The position numbers and the translations under genes are program-made. From positions 156,594 through 220,593 of the forward strand of contig CM119264.1 of the NCBI GenBank assembly GCA_051294375.1: a stretch of DNA of 64,000 nucleotides. Direction: 5' to 3'. The notes beneath the pieces were generated by a model. It had not been told where the DNA came from, did no database searches, and saw only the letters and a program-made list of their open reading frames with translations. Shown piece by piece: positions 39,304 to 51,896 of this stretch (positions within the stretch are counted from its first letter, which is position 1; each line of letters starts with the position of its first letter). The DNA comes from Paraspadella gotoi. Its lineage: Eukaryota; Animalia; Chaetognatha.

Positions 39304-40250
39304 ATTAGTATTAATTAATTAATTAATCAATCATTATACCTATTCGGCATCTGTATATTTAAAGCATCTCTCTTTAATCAACTAGTTTAATGCTGCGAAT
39401 TGCTGCCGGAATTAATAGCTTCATTAAAAACCTTGTATCATCCTTTTATCTTAACCGATGCTTCTTCTACCAACAATTTTCGGCAATGTTTACCAAAAGC
39501 GTCCCATATGATTTTTTTTATTCCTTGATTATCTTTTTTCTTTTATTTATGAAAATTGTAAAATTATTTTTTTTATTATTTTGAGTTTAAGATTTGTAAA
39601 TATTCAATATAAATATTTAATACAAACCATTTTATGTTACATTAATATATATATATGTAATATATAGCGGAAAAGACAAAAATTTTGTTTCTACAACTAT
39701 AGTGAATAATACACTATGTATTATATATAAATTAATATTAATAATTTGTATTTATTATTGGTTTGTGATAATCTAAATCTAAAAATTATTATAAAGTACT
39801 TTACCCTAACTTAATGCTTTAAAACCCTATTCTATAACCATATTTTATAACCATATCTTTTAACACTAACCCTAATTCTTAAGAATAATCTACAAATCCT
39901 ACTTTCTAATCCTCAACCTAATCCTAACATAATTTATAACCTAATCTAAAAATATAGTCCAACGAACTAATCTTCAAAACAAAACAAAAAACTTAATTCA
40001 AAAATGCAGCGTTTTCAGAAAACAAAGCAAAACCATATCTTTACCCCCCATACCACTATATCCCATAAAATTCCGAATTCCGTAATTATTAGCTTCGTTC
40101 CATCTAAAAAATCCTAATTATCCTGTTTTGCCTATGAAACCATCCAATGTTATTCTCCAAAAGAATTTCTCATTTAGATTTTGATGCAGAAGGTGACGAA
40201 TTCTCAATTAACCAACTTTGTTACCAGAAGCGTTTCCTACCTTTTCTTCC

Positions 40251-40294
<44 letters not shown>

Positions 40295-40308
40295 TGTCTC
40301 TCTCTTAC

Positions 40309-40383
40309 CTATAGAGACTTCCGTTGCGAAGAAAACCATATTTGTTTCTGTCGACGGTTTCGTCCATCGGTTCCTCGCCGAAG
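40309..40383 (-). CDS. IgSF exon, Ig1 middle (FGEEPMDETVDRNKYGFLRNGSLY)
   Basis: Acceptor ctctctcccttcag, donor AG|gtaaga; 75 nt, phase 2/2; AG+A makes Arg before LIINNIQ. Confidence 0.8.
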   Translation of the reverse strand, partial: LRRGTDGRNRRQKQIWFSSQRKSL

Positions 40384-40387
40384 CTGA

Positions 40388-40426
<39 letters not shown>

Positions 40427-40830
40427 AGGAGGGGAGAAAAGGCAGAATTAATTTCCCTTAGGATTTTTGATGAGAAATAAGAATCTTTTTCTCGTTCCAA
40501 TCAAAAAGAATATAAGATGAAAATTGGGATTTAGGTGGAAAATTTGGATTTTGCGTAAAAATTTGGGGCAGGGGTAAAAATGTGGATTTGTGAGAAACTT
40601 GGGATTGGCAGTGAAAATTGGGATTAAGGGTGAATTTTGGGATTTAGGTTGAAAATTGGGATTTTGGGTGAAAATTGGGATTTTGAGAAAAAATGGAGAT
40701 TGCCGGTGAAAATTGGGAAGTATAATAGTTAAAAATACATACTAATATTATATACTTATATTTTTACTATCTTTATAAGATCCCTTATCTGTCATAAACT
40801 TGACAATGACGATATGATGATGATGATGAA

Positions 40831-40877
<47 letters not shown>

Positions 40878-40999
40878 CGATGATATTAAACCTCCCGATG
40901 CTGATGGTGTTTACCCCATGAATTCATTAAGCTTCTTTTCTCAGATCATTTTCCTTTTTTCCATCCGAAATTACGAAGGGATAGCGCGTGACAAACTCA

Positions 41000-41033
<34 letters not shown>

Positions 41034-41181
41034 TTCTCTATCTCTCTCTCTTATCTCTCTCTCTATCTCTCTCTCTTGGGTGATGCGAAAATCTCATTTC
41101 GCTTCTCAATCCACTTTTGTGTTTTAAGCTTCTTTCTGGACATTACGAGCGTGCTCGATACTGAAGAGTTGTGAGCTCTCT

Positions 41182-41221
<40 letters not shown>

Positions 41222-41814
41222 ACAATAACAACTTTTGTTTAATCCAGATTACGAGATACAAAGTGATCATTATTATTATAATGTTTTTGTCGGAAATATT
41301 AATCTATTCTATATTTAGAATATGTAGTATATGTAGAACAAAGTTTGAAGAGAGATTTAACAACGATTTTTATTTCATGTTAAATCTCTCTTCAAACTTT
41401 GTTCTAAATCAAATCACAACGAAACAGAAAGGAAAAAAAAAACACAATGTAGTATATGTATTTTGTAGTAATTGTTGTGATTAAATCTTTCGTTTCGTTT
41501 GAAATTAAAAAACCTAAAAGAAGTGTATTAGTGTTTAAAACAACGAGGTTTTTATTAAAATTGATTCGGCTAAAATATGTTAGGCTTCATCAGTGTTTAA
41601 ATTGAATGTGATTGAATAAAAACGTATTTGTTATAAATAATAAAAAAATTATTTGTATTCTTTTATAAAACCAGGAACCAGGCTCCCGAAACATAATGTT
41701 TTTGCCAAAGTTTTAAATAAAACAAAACCAAAAACAAAAAAAGGATAAAAAACAAACAAAAAAGCAGAAAAATGGAGAATTATTTTCTATTCACGAAAAA
41801 AAAGAAGAAAACAT

Positions 41815-42020
41815 TTTTTCGGCCTAATTTTCCCAGAATGCCCCATTTCAACCATATTTTCCCAAAACACCTGATTTCGTCTTTTTTTTCAAGAACGCCC
41901 CATTTTGGCCTTATTTTCCCAGAACTCCCATTTCGACCTTGTTTTCTCAGAATACCCCATTTCGGCCTTATTTTACCAGAACGCCCATTTCGGCCTTATT
42001 TGCCCAGAACGCCCCATTTC
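41815..42020. repeat. ~30-bp minisatellite ccccatttcggccttattttcccagaacg
   Basis: About 7 units. Confidence 0.85.
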
Positions 42021-42423
42021 ATATTGAGTTAAAGATTACTTTGGACATCATTATCATTAATTAGGTTGATGATTAAGATTGGGGATTTGGGTTACAGATA
42101 GCTTTGGGGTTAGGGTTAGGGTTAAAAATTATTGGGGTTAGGGTTAAAATTTAGCTAAGGACTAGGTTTATAAATTTAAAAACATTTTTAGGCACTGTTA
42201 AAAAATAATGCCAAAACAAATTTTCTTTCGTAGAAAAAAAAACGAAACTAATTTTAATTTCAAATTTCAAAACCTGCGGTGACTCTCGACTTGGAGAAAA
42301 GGTATTAACTGTATACATTTAAACAAAACATTTTAAAATATACTAACGGATATATACAGAAATGTTCGCATCGCAAAGTAAAAAATGATTATTTTTTTTG
42401 GATCTGTTGGAGACAGAGAAAGA

Positions 42424-42491
<68 letters not shown>

Positions 42492-42571
42492 CAAAGACAG
42501 AGACAGATTTTAAGTTCCATTTTTTGTGGGAGATGAAGCGAAAAAGACTTTTTTAGTTTTTCAATAAAAAA

Positions 42572-43390
42572 CAGGTTTGAGCAAACAATGTCGGATCTGC
42601 CTACGATAATTAAGCGGTAATCAGCTAATCAGATAATTCTTTCAATTTGTGATGATAACAGATCGTACCATGCCAAACCAATGGCTGTGCCAATACATGT
42701 AAATCGCTTGAACAATGGTACAAACAAATAATATTTTTAACTATTATTATTTTTTCAACTCTTTTCAATTCGCACATTTTTTCAACTGGCATAATTTTTT
42801 AAATTTGATTATTAATCAATTGATTAACTAATTAAAATATTCATGAGTTAGCATAAATAATAAAATTTCAAATCAACTTGACTTTGGTTCTTTTCATGCA
42901 AACTCATTTCTACTCCTCGATTCCATCTGAACTTTATATTCTGCTCAATCACACACTTTCCTACCTACACACAAAATTTCTTCTCATTCTATCTATTTAA
43001 TTATGAATAATTTTAGTAATTATGGGTTAAAATTAGTAAAAATATTCAAAAAAATGTGACATATTTTTTCCATTTAAACTCATTTCCACTCGCACGATTC
43101 TATCAAAACTTTATATCCAGCTCAATCACACACTTTCCTACACACACACATACAATCATACAATCACAAGTAATTGGAGTTTTTTGCTAAAGGGGGGACA
43201 AACAGACGGACGGACGGATGGACAGACAGACAGAAGGACGGACGGACATCATTTTTTCGCAGAATTTATCATAATTTGATGTTCTGACATGATATAAATG
43301 AATGCCCAACAAGATTGAGGGGGCGGACCGACGAAGCGACAAAGTGAGTTATAGAGTCGGAATTTGCTGATAAGCAGATCCGACTAAAAA
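42572..43390 (-). mobile_element. DINE-1/HINE-like element, family A, second copy
   Basis: Shares both ends and the gctcaatcacacactt internal repeats with 1656-2630; the central part differs. Confidence 0.7.
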
Positions 43391-43799
43391 TGAAAAACCG
43401 ATAGATGCAGAAGCGGCGGCGGCGGCGGCGGCGGCGGGAGGCGGCGGGAGGCGGCGGCGGCGTAGTGAAAAAATTGCTCGCTCATCTTTCGATATTTTTC
43501 TTCTCCATCAAATGGAAAATAAATTTATAGACGAAAAAAAACCTTTCAAGTTTTTCCTTTTATTTTGTCGCCTTTTAGCGGAAAGAGTCTCTCTCTCTCT
43601 GTCTTGCTCTCTCTATTTTTCCCTCTCTCACTCTCTCGCTCTCTCTTGGCTATAAAATTTAATAAGATTTTGATATTTTTCTGATAAAATAACACTCATT
43701 TAAAAATATTATATGTAACATATTTCACTTCGAAAATAACATTACATAACAGAACATAAAACTCGCTATTTGAAACAAAGAACAAGGATTTTAATGGGG

Positions 43800-44206
43800 A
43801 AAAAAGGCCTCAACTGTAAATCAAAAAAGAAAAAAGGCCTCAACTGTAAATAAAAAAAGGCCTCAACTGTAAATCAAAAAAGGCCTCAACTATAAATCAA
43901 AAAAGTTCTCAACTGTAAATCAAAAAAGAAAAAAGGCCTCAACTTTAAATCAAAAAGGAAAAAAGGCCTCGACTGTAATCAAAAAAGCCCTCAACTTATA
44001 AATCCAAAAAAGAAAAACGCCTCAACTGTAAATCAAAAAAGAAAAAAGCCGCCAACTGTAAATCAAAAAGGCCCCTCAACTGTAAATCAAAAAGAAAAGG
44101 CCTCAACTGCAAATCAAAAAGAAACGAGCCTCAACTGTAAATCAAAAAAGAAAAAAGGCCTCAACTGTGAATAAAAAAAGAAAAAAGGCCTCAACTGTAA
44201 ATCAAA
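43800..44206. repeat. Minisatellite aaaaaaggcctcaactgtaaatc with variable A-rich linkers
   Basis: About 15 units. Confidence 0.9.
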
Positions 44207-44746
44207 AACAACCTTTTTTTAATTTGTTTTTTTTTTAATAGTTTGTTTTGAAAATATTTTTCGTAGAATAAAAGGCCGAACACAAAACGAACACAAAAGC
44301 TCAAAAAAATGGCGGGAAAAAATTGAATTAAACCCTCCCCTTTATGCCATGCCATGTCTTGCATTGTCAGCCCCTCGCCCATGCCTTAACCCCTCTCCCA
44401 TGCCACACCCACGCTTTATCTTACTCCTGAGCCATGCCTTTTCCTTTTAGGATTTTCCATAGATCTTTTATTCTAATCTTTTCCCTTCTTTTCTAAATCT
44501 TCCTTATAATCTTCTCCCTTTTTCTATTTTCCTGCTTTCTCTCAGTAATCTTCTCTTCTAATCTTCTCCTTTCTGTTCCATTAATTTTTCTTATCCTCCC
44601 TTTTTCTTCTCGGTATCCTTCCTCCCTTTTCTCACGCCCTCTTCTATCCTCTTCTATCTTTCTATCTTCCCTTCCTACCCTTCCTTCTGTAACTCCCCCC
44701 CCGACTCGTCTTTATCCAAAACAAAAGAAAAAAAAACGAGGAGACT

Positions 44747-44794
<48 letters not shown>

Positions 44795-44941
44795 GCTTTT
44801 TTCAACAAAAAAGAGAAAAAAAAGGCGCGAATGTTTACGGGTCTCGTCACGTGGCGTCGTGACGGCGGCGGCAAGAAAATGAGACGTGGGAAGAAAAAAA
44901 AGGAAAATTCAGCTCAGAGCAGACGACCTGTGTCTCCTGAA

Positions 44942-45135
44942 GGCGACCAAGCTGTCAACAAAGCAGGGGACCAAGCTATCAGCCAAGCAGGCGACCAAGC
45001 TGTCAACCATCCAAACGACCAGGCTGTCAACCAAGCAGGCGACCAAGCTGTCAACCAAGCAGACGACCAAGCTATCCTCCAAGAATGCGACCAAGCTATC
45101 AATCTAGTGGGCGATCAAGCATTGATTCAAGCAGA
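44942..45135. repeat. 24-bp minisatellite ggcgaccaagctgtcaaccaagca
   Basis: About 8 units; GDQAVNQA periodicity in ORF 44831..45598. Confidence 0.9.
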
Positions 45136-46217
45136 CTTTCATAGAGTCAGTCTATCCAATCAAATGCTCCGTGCCAGCAAGCTCGAAACAATGAATATGT
45201 TCGAATTCCGACAGATGCATATTGCACCTGGTCATGCACCTGGTCATACATCTTGCACCTGGTCAAGCACCTCCCAAGAAAATACTACAATCCACGAATG
45301 TATAGTATTTCCAACTTCGCTATGCACCTTTTTCTCCCACACAAAAAAGACGGCCTCCCACACACAAAGGTTGCTTGGCGAAGTCGATCGTTTCTGCCCA
45401 CGCATTTTTTGTTTCCCCTTCCTGTTTTCTATTTCTTTTTTCATTTCTGTTTACTATTTTCATTTTACCTTTTTTTCAGTTTCTGTTTTCTGTTTTCTTT
45501 TTTTCTTTTTTTCCCTTTTCGGTTTTCTGTTTCTTTTTCTGTTTTCTATTCTTATTTATTTACTTTTCTGTTTTTTTTGTTGTTTTTTTTCATTTTAGTT
45601 TTCTTTTTTTTTTTATTTTCCTGTTTCTGTTTTTTCTTTTATTTTTCGTTTTTGTTTCTGTTTTCTATTTTTTGTTTTCTTAGAGAATAAATCTCTCTCG
45701 CTCTCACAAATTATGTAGAGAGTCCTAAGTATCTACGTGTGGTCTAGAACATCTGGTAAGAAAATAAAGAGTGAAATCTCTTAAAGAAAAGAAAGGAGAC
45801 ATCTATCGGCAGAAACGGTAATAGCAAAAGACAAACAAATATATGGGGGAAAAGAGGCCATATCTTCACAATTGTTTTTAAAAATTCACTCGGCGAAAAT
45901 AAAATAATTTTGAATATTTAAATGTTTATATTATATTATATATTATATATAAATATTATATATTATATTGTTTTTTTGTTTCTTCTTCGCAAAGAAATTA
46001 ATAAATTAATTTTAAAAACATTCACAATCGATTTACATCGGTCGGCGTCAGTACTCGATTTTTAAATTTCCCACTCTTTCCCCCCTTCCTCTCTCTCTCT
46101 CTCTCTCTCTTCTCTATCCCTCTCCTCTCTCTCCCAACCCTTTCTCTCTCTCTCTCTCTCCTCCTCTCCTCTCTCTCTCTCTCCTCTCTCTCTCCCTCCC
46201 TCCTCTCTGCCCCAACA

Positions 46218-46263
<46 letters not shown>

Positions 46264-46372
46264 TCTCTCTCTCTCTCTCTCCCCCTCCCTCCTCTCTCCC
46301 CAACATCTCCATCTCTCTCTCTCCCTCTCCCTCCACTCCCCCCCTCATCTCTTTCTCCCTCTCCCTCTGTAC

Positions 46373-46630
46373 CTCAGAAATTTTACCCCGGATTGCCTTA
46401 TAATTCTCTTTAATTCCACCAGCGGAAACGTGTGACACACATCGAACGCGTGGGAAGCATCCCAGCGGAATCCGAAGAATATTGTATCAAAGATGAGGAA
46501 GGAGGGAGATGAGAGAGGAAGGACGGAAAGGGAGACGGAGATGGAGAAAGAGAAGAAAGAGAGAGAGAAGGGAGGGAGTGACGTCCAAGTCCGAGCGGCT
46601 CGTCGAGGTTGGTTCTTTTGTCTTTATCAT
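46373..46630 (-). CDS. Error-rich duplicate of the first coding exon
   Basis: Aligns by eye to 51634-51896 with many indels; same GTAAAATTTCTGAG|gt end. Confidence 0.5.
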
Positions 46631-47192
46631 ATCGAGTCGCTTTTTCAGGCGGCGTCGATTTTCGACGCCGGATTAAGTCGGCGTCTTTTGTTTGACTCCC
46701 TACGGCGTCGTAGGTAAACATCTCCCGCGTTAGATGTCGGGGGTTGGAGGCGGCGGCGGAAGCGGCGGAAGCGGCGGTGGCGGCGCGGCGGCGGCTGCTA
46801 TCGTCTCTCTTTCTTTAGTCTCACAAAAATAGGTTTTTCTCGGTTCCGTTGTTGTTGTTTTGTTATTGTGTCTTTGTTGTCGTCGTAGCATTCCAAGGAG
46901 GAGGAGGAGATGAGAAGGAGGGAGGAGGAGGAGAGGAGGAGGAGGGGCGAAAAATGAATACGACGACAAGTCTGGTCTGAAATGAAATTCATTTTCGCTT
47001 CAAGACGAAGAGACGAGAGAAAGTGGCGAAGGGTTGAAGTGGCGCGGCGGCGGCGGCGGCGGCGGCGGCGTATCTGTTCGTCGTCTTCTCTTTCTGTCGT
47101 CGTCGATTCCATTGGATAAAAAAGACGCAGATGAGATAAACTGGGAAAGTAAATAAAAGAGGAAAAAAACAAAATGATAGACGGCGACTCTG

Positions 47193-47267
<75 letters not shown>

Positions 47268-47364
47268 TTCTAGCAGGAAAAAAACTTAGGACCCAAAATT
47301 TTTTTGAGTCGTAAAAGTTGACGGAATGGAAGAAAGGTAAAAAACATTGAATAAAATGAGGAGA

Positions 47365-47417
<53 letters not shown>

Positions 47418-48888
47418 GCATATGGTTGACTTTCCCTCACTATCTCGACGCTTATGGTCAGCCGCGACTCGGGCGCGGACTTCCTCGGCGGCGGAGTAAG
47501 TTCGCTCCTGATTCGCTCGTCTTGCCGCGAAGGAAGAGGATTTTCTTCCTTCTCTCTCTGTTTTCGCTCCTCTTTCGATCCTCATTCGCGGGTCTTACTC
47601 TCGAATTTCGGGAGAAATTTATGATTTCTCGTGAAGAAAATAACTTTTCTCAATGTCCAATTTCAAAAAGGGGGAAAACTAACTTGAACGCTTGCAATAT
47701 TTTTCTTCAATAGCATAGTTGTTTTTGAATAAAAAAAAAGTAAAATAAAAAATTATTTTTTTCATGTCCATATTCAAAAAGTTGTAAAAATGTATATTAA
47801 TGAAGATAAAAATATCAAGTGTATTTTTTCCTATATCATTAAATATTAATTATGCTAGCCTTAATCGTTTACTTTCTTCGCCAGTCTACTCTGGTGCAAG
47901 TTTCACTTCGTTTTGTCGTGGGATTGCCTGAAAGTGTTTAGAGAGGTCGCATTCGAAAAAGCCCCACGGACTAAAAGTAAAACAAAAGTTTCTTCAATAA
48001 TGACCATCCAGACTGCTTTTTATTTCAGTTGGTCCCAATGTACGTCAGTTAAGAAACTTACTGCCTCTATACCAGATCGAAAAACTTTAATTCATTAATA
48101 ATGAATATGCGCATAAGTATGGACCATTTTATAGGATAGCTGAAATTGTTAAAAATTGAATAAAGAAAACTCCTGTAGTATTACATAAAGCAATTGGTGA
48201 TAAAAAAATTTTAGCGATTTTTTTTTTAATTTTAATAATATATTTTTTATTATTTATCAAATATTTTTATAAATATTGGTTAAATAATGTTTTAAATATT
48301 TTCTTTTAGACAGGACAGTAAGAACTACTCATATTTTATCTCCAGAGCTTTTATTAATGCAGTAATCCTTATTTTTAAATTATAAACTTACCTTGTTCAT
48401 ATTACTTTTTAATGATATAAATGATAATTTATGTGAATAAATAGCAACCTTTGTTCTGGCTTAATATTCAATCGCTCACAAAAAAATATATTACCAACTA
48501 TAAATAGAAAATTGTGCCCAATATAAAAAATTATCCATTCATTTGATAAATCTTATAATAACTTTGTTATTTTGACTAAACTAGAAGGAAAATTATGGTA
48601 AAAGAGTGAAAAGCAAAAACTAAGAGAAAAAAAACTGAGGAGAGAAGAGAGAAAAAGAGCGAGAGCGGTACTTTCCGGGGTCTTCGCACCCTCAACCGCA
48701 GACGATCGCCGTAGGTAGAGAAATGAAGGGGATCTCGCCATTTTTCGAGAGTCACCGACCGGTGACCTCCGACCTCGGACGGCGGTAAGAGAGAGAGGAG
48801 CGGAAAGAGTGGGAGCCTTTTGGTCACCCCCGCGGCTCGGTCATTGTCGGACCAACCCATGAGAGAAAAGAGAGAGGGAGGGGGAGAG

Positions 48889-48928
<40 letters not shown>

Positions 48929-49197
48929 GGAGAGAGAGAGACCGAGAGAGAGAGAGAGGAGAGAGACGAGAAGGAGAGGGAGAGAGAAGAAAGAGAGAGA
49001 GAGAGGAAGAGAGAGAGAGGAGAGGAGAGAGAGAGACAGGAGAGAGAGAGAGAGAAAGAGAAGGAGAGATAGAGAAACGGAAAAAAACGTTTGGTGAAGA
49101 GAGACCATAAACCATTCACATTTAGAATGAAATATGTCGAATGGAAAACTGGGCAGATAAAGAAAGGAGAGAGGAGAGGAGAGAGAGAGGGGAGAGA

Positions 49198-49239
<42 letters not shown>

Positions 49240-50424
49240 GGAGAAGAGAGAGAGATAGAGAGAGTACGGACAAGTCTCCACATTTTGCTTTTTCGCTTTC
49301 TAAGGAAATTAATCACGCAATAAAATAATTTACCTACTTACTATTGCTAGGAAGCTGGAGAATTTCAAACGTTTTATCTTCTCCTCCACACAATACTATT
49401 ATATCTGTTGTATTTTAAAAAATTAATTTTATAACTGTGCTTTAAAAATAAAAAAATAGTCTTTGCAATGCAACAATAGCGAGCTCTATAACATTACTCA
49501 AGGCGACAAAAACAAATTTATCTAGATTTACATAGATATTGCTTTTAGGTTGTGCACAGGTACTGTATTGTAATGTTTCATAAATAAATTCATAGTCATG
49601 TAGACTTTGAAATGAAAAAAAAGAAAGGTCACGGTGGCGCAGACACATTGGACGGAGCGATCTCTTTTTCAGTTAAAAGTTAATTAAATAAACTTTTAAT
49701 TTTTTATCTTTTTTATCATTTTACCAGATGTTAAGCCTCGCCACTGTCTCTACTTAACGTTTCCGAGGCCACTTTTCAAATAGTTCATTTAGCTAAAACC
49801 CGTATTCCCGAGATGAGAAATTGTTTTTTACTTTAGTTTCGTTTGAAATCCACTATTTCGATTTCGCCCGGAGGAACTCGTTTTTACGAGTTTTCCGGTG
49901 GAATTTTTTGATATTAAAATAAAGTCTTTGGCCTTGAATAATGAAACAGCTAAATGGTTTGAATGCATGGTCTAAATAAAATTAGCACTGTTTCCCAAAT
50001 CGATGTTTTCGTTTTTTTTCATCAAAACAATAAAGTCTAATATTCAATACGACTTTTTCTTCTTAATTCTTCGGCCACTGATGTTAAACATTTGGACGGG
50101 TCTTCCACGGGAGAGAAAATACAAAAACTTTCTCTACAATCTTTTTTCTTCCCTTTGAATTTTCTTCTTTCTCTTTCTTGGTCGCTTTTCTCGCTATCTC
50201 CCGCCTATTCTTCTCTCTCTTGGTTTGCTGGGGGGGGGGCCCGGGGGCCGTAAAATTCCTTTTTTATTCGATCGCAACGCGCCAAGAGAGTCGCTCATTC
50301 ATCTCTGCTCTACACGTCGTCTCTCGCTTTCTCTCCTCCTTTTCTTCTCTCTTCTTTCTCTTCTTTCTTTCTCTCTTTTTCTTTAAACTCTCAATTCTCT
50401 CTTCTTTCTCCTCTCTCCTCTCTC

Positions 50425-50463
<39 letters not shown>

Positions 50464-50539
50464 TTCTTTCTCTCTTTCTCTCTCTCTCCTCTTTCTCGCG
50501 GGGCCGGGGCCTAATTCCTTTTATTCTGCAACCGCCAAA

Positions 50540-50607
<68 letters not shown>

Positions 50608-50693
50608 TTCTTTCTCTCTTTCTCTCTCTCTCTCTCTCTCGTCTCTCTCTCTGGCCCGGGCCTAATTCCTTTTATTCTGCAACCGCCAAAGAT

Positions 50694-50744
<51 letters not shown>

Positions 50745-50998
50745 TCTCTATCTCTTTTTCCCCCCCTTTTTCTTTCCTCTCTCTTTCTCTGTCTCCCTTT
50801 TATTCTTTTATCGCTTAAAATCGTCTCATTCTGGCTTCGACTCTAAATCAAATGACTTTCTCAGACAAAGCGAGAGAGAGAGAGAGGAGCGAGAGCGAGA
50901 GCGGGAGAGCGAGACAAAAGCTCAAGGCGAAAATGTCTTCAGAATCTTCGAGGAAAAAGATTTAATTCATTCGAGATTCCGAGTGAACGAATATCTTG

Positions 50999-51078
<80 letters not shown>

Positions 51079-51377
51079 ACGAACGACGTTAAAAGCGAAA
51101 GTGAAAAGAGTGGAAATGAGATAAGACGAAAAAAACAGATTAAATGAAAAAAAATTAAAAATTGAAAAATAAGCATGTTTTTATTTATTTTTTTCCATCG
51201 AATTATAATATCAAGTATAACACTTTTTCCCTCGCGTTTCACATATAAACAATATTGCATTAAATTAACTTATAATTAATTAATTAAGTAATAATTAATT
51301 AATTCGTTCCTTTCATCCTTAGTAAAATTTAGGTTAATTTTTTTAGGTTTAGTTTTTTATAGTTATAATATGTATTA

Positions 51378-51578
51378 TGGTGGACTAAAATCCACCAACC
51401 TGTTCATCAGCGGCCATTGGTCCGGAGGCAGTCATTCGCCTCCCAACCCAAAGTCCGGGGTTTTAGCCCGGTGGATCGTCTGGCAGTTAAGAGGGACTGG
51501 ACTTAACCCGCCTGTAACACGGTGTTACAGCCTGATACGAAAGCTCAGGACTGCTTATATTGAACGGTTCTGTCATTA
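51378..51578. other. Hairpin-dense ~200-nt insert (duplicate at 56806-57006), probably the structured end of a mobile element
   Basis: Six consecutive stems, GC content well above the flanks, and absent from the homologous locus at ~62722. Confidence 0.55.
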
Positions 51579-51633
51579 NNNNNNNNNNNNNNNNNNNNNN
51601 NNNCCCCTCTCTCTCTCTCCCTCTCCCTCTTAC

Positions 51634-51896
51634 CTCAGAAATTTTACCCCGGATGCCTTATAATTCTCTTTAATCCACACAGCGGGAACGTGCGACACAC
51701 ATTCGAACGCGATGGAAGATCCCAGCGGAACCGAAGAATATTGTTGATAGAGAGAGAGTGAGGAAGGGAGGGAGAGAGAGAGAAGGAGGAAAGGGAGACG
51801 GAGATGGAGAAAGGAGAAGAAGAGAGAGAGAGAAGGGAGGGAGTGACGTCCAAGTCCGAGCGGCTCGTCGAGGTTGGTTCCTTTTGTCTTTATCAT
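51634..51896 (-). CDS. IgSF first coding exon: leader/signal-like stretch + Ig1 N-half (SVPLGSSIAFECVSHVPAVWIKENYKASGVKFL)
   Basis: 3' part of ORF 51630..52559, starting from the ATG at 51896. Donor AG|gtaaga, phase 2, joins exon 40309-40383 to give KFLSFGEE. The frame is open further upstream to 52559. Confidence 0.7.

Larger units (their letters stand above)
35540..39438. repeat. ~1.5-kb duplication across the gap (35540-37031 vs 38008-39438)
   Basis: Collinear copies; the first continues into the Gypsy LTR and the second does not. Confidence 0.9.

Noticed and set aside
43800-44206. CRISPR-like appearance of the ggcctcaactgtaaatc repeats
   Set aside because: The linkers are short A-runs rather than unique spacers; eukaryotic context with no cas genes.
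51528-51572. Group II intron domain V resemblance (AGCC...GAAA...ACGGTTC)
   Set aside because: Pairing and bulge geometry do not fit D5; no D6 or RT ORF.
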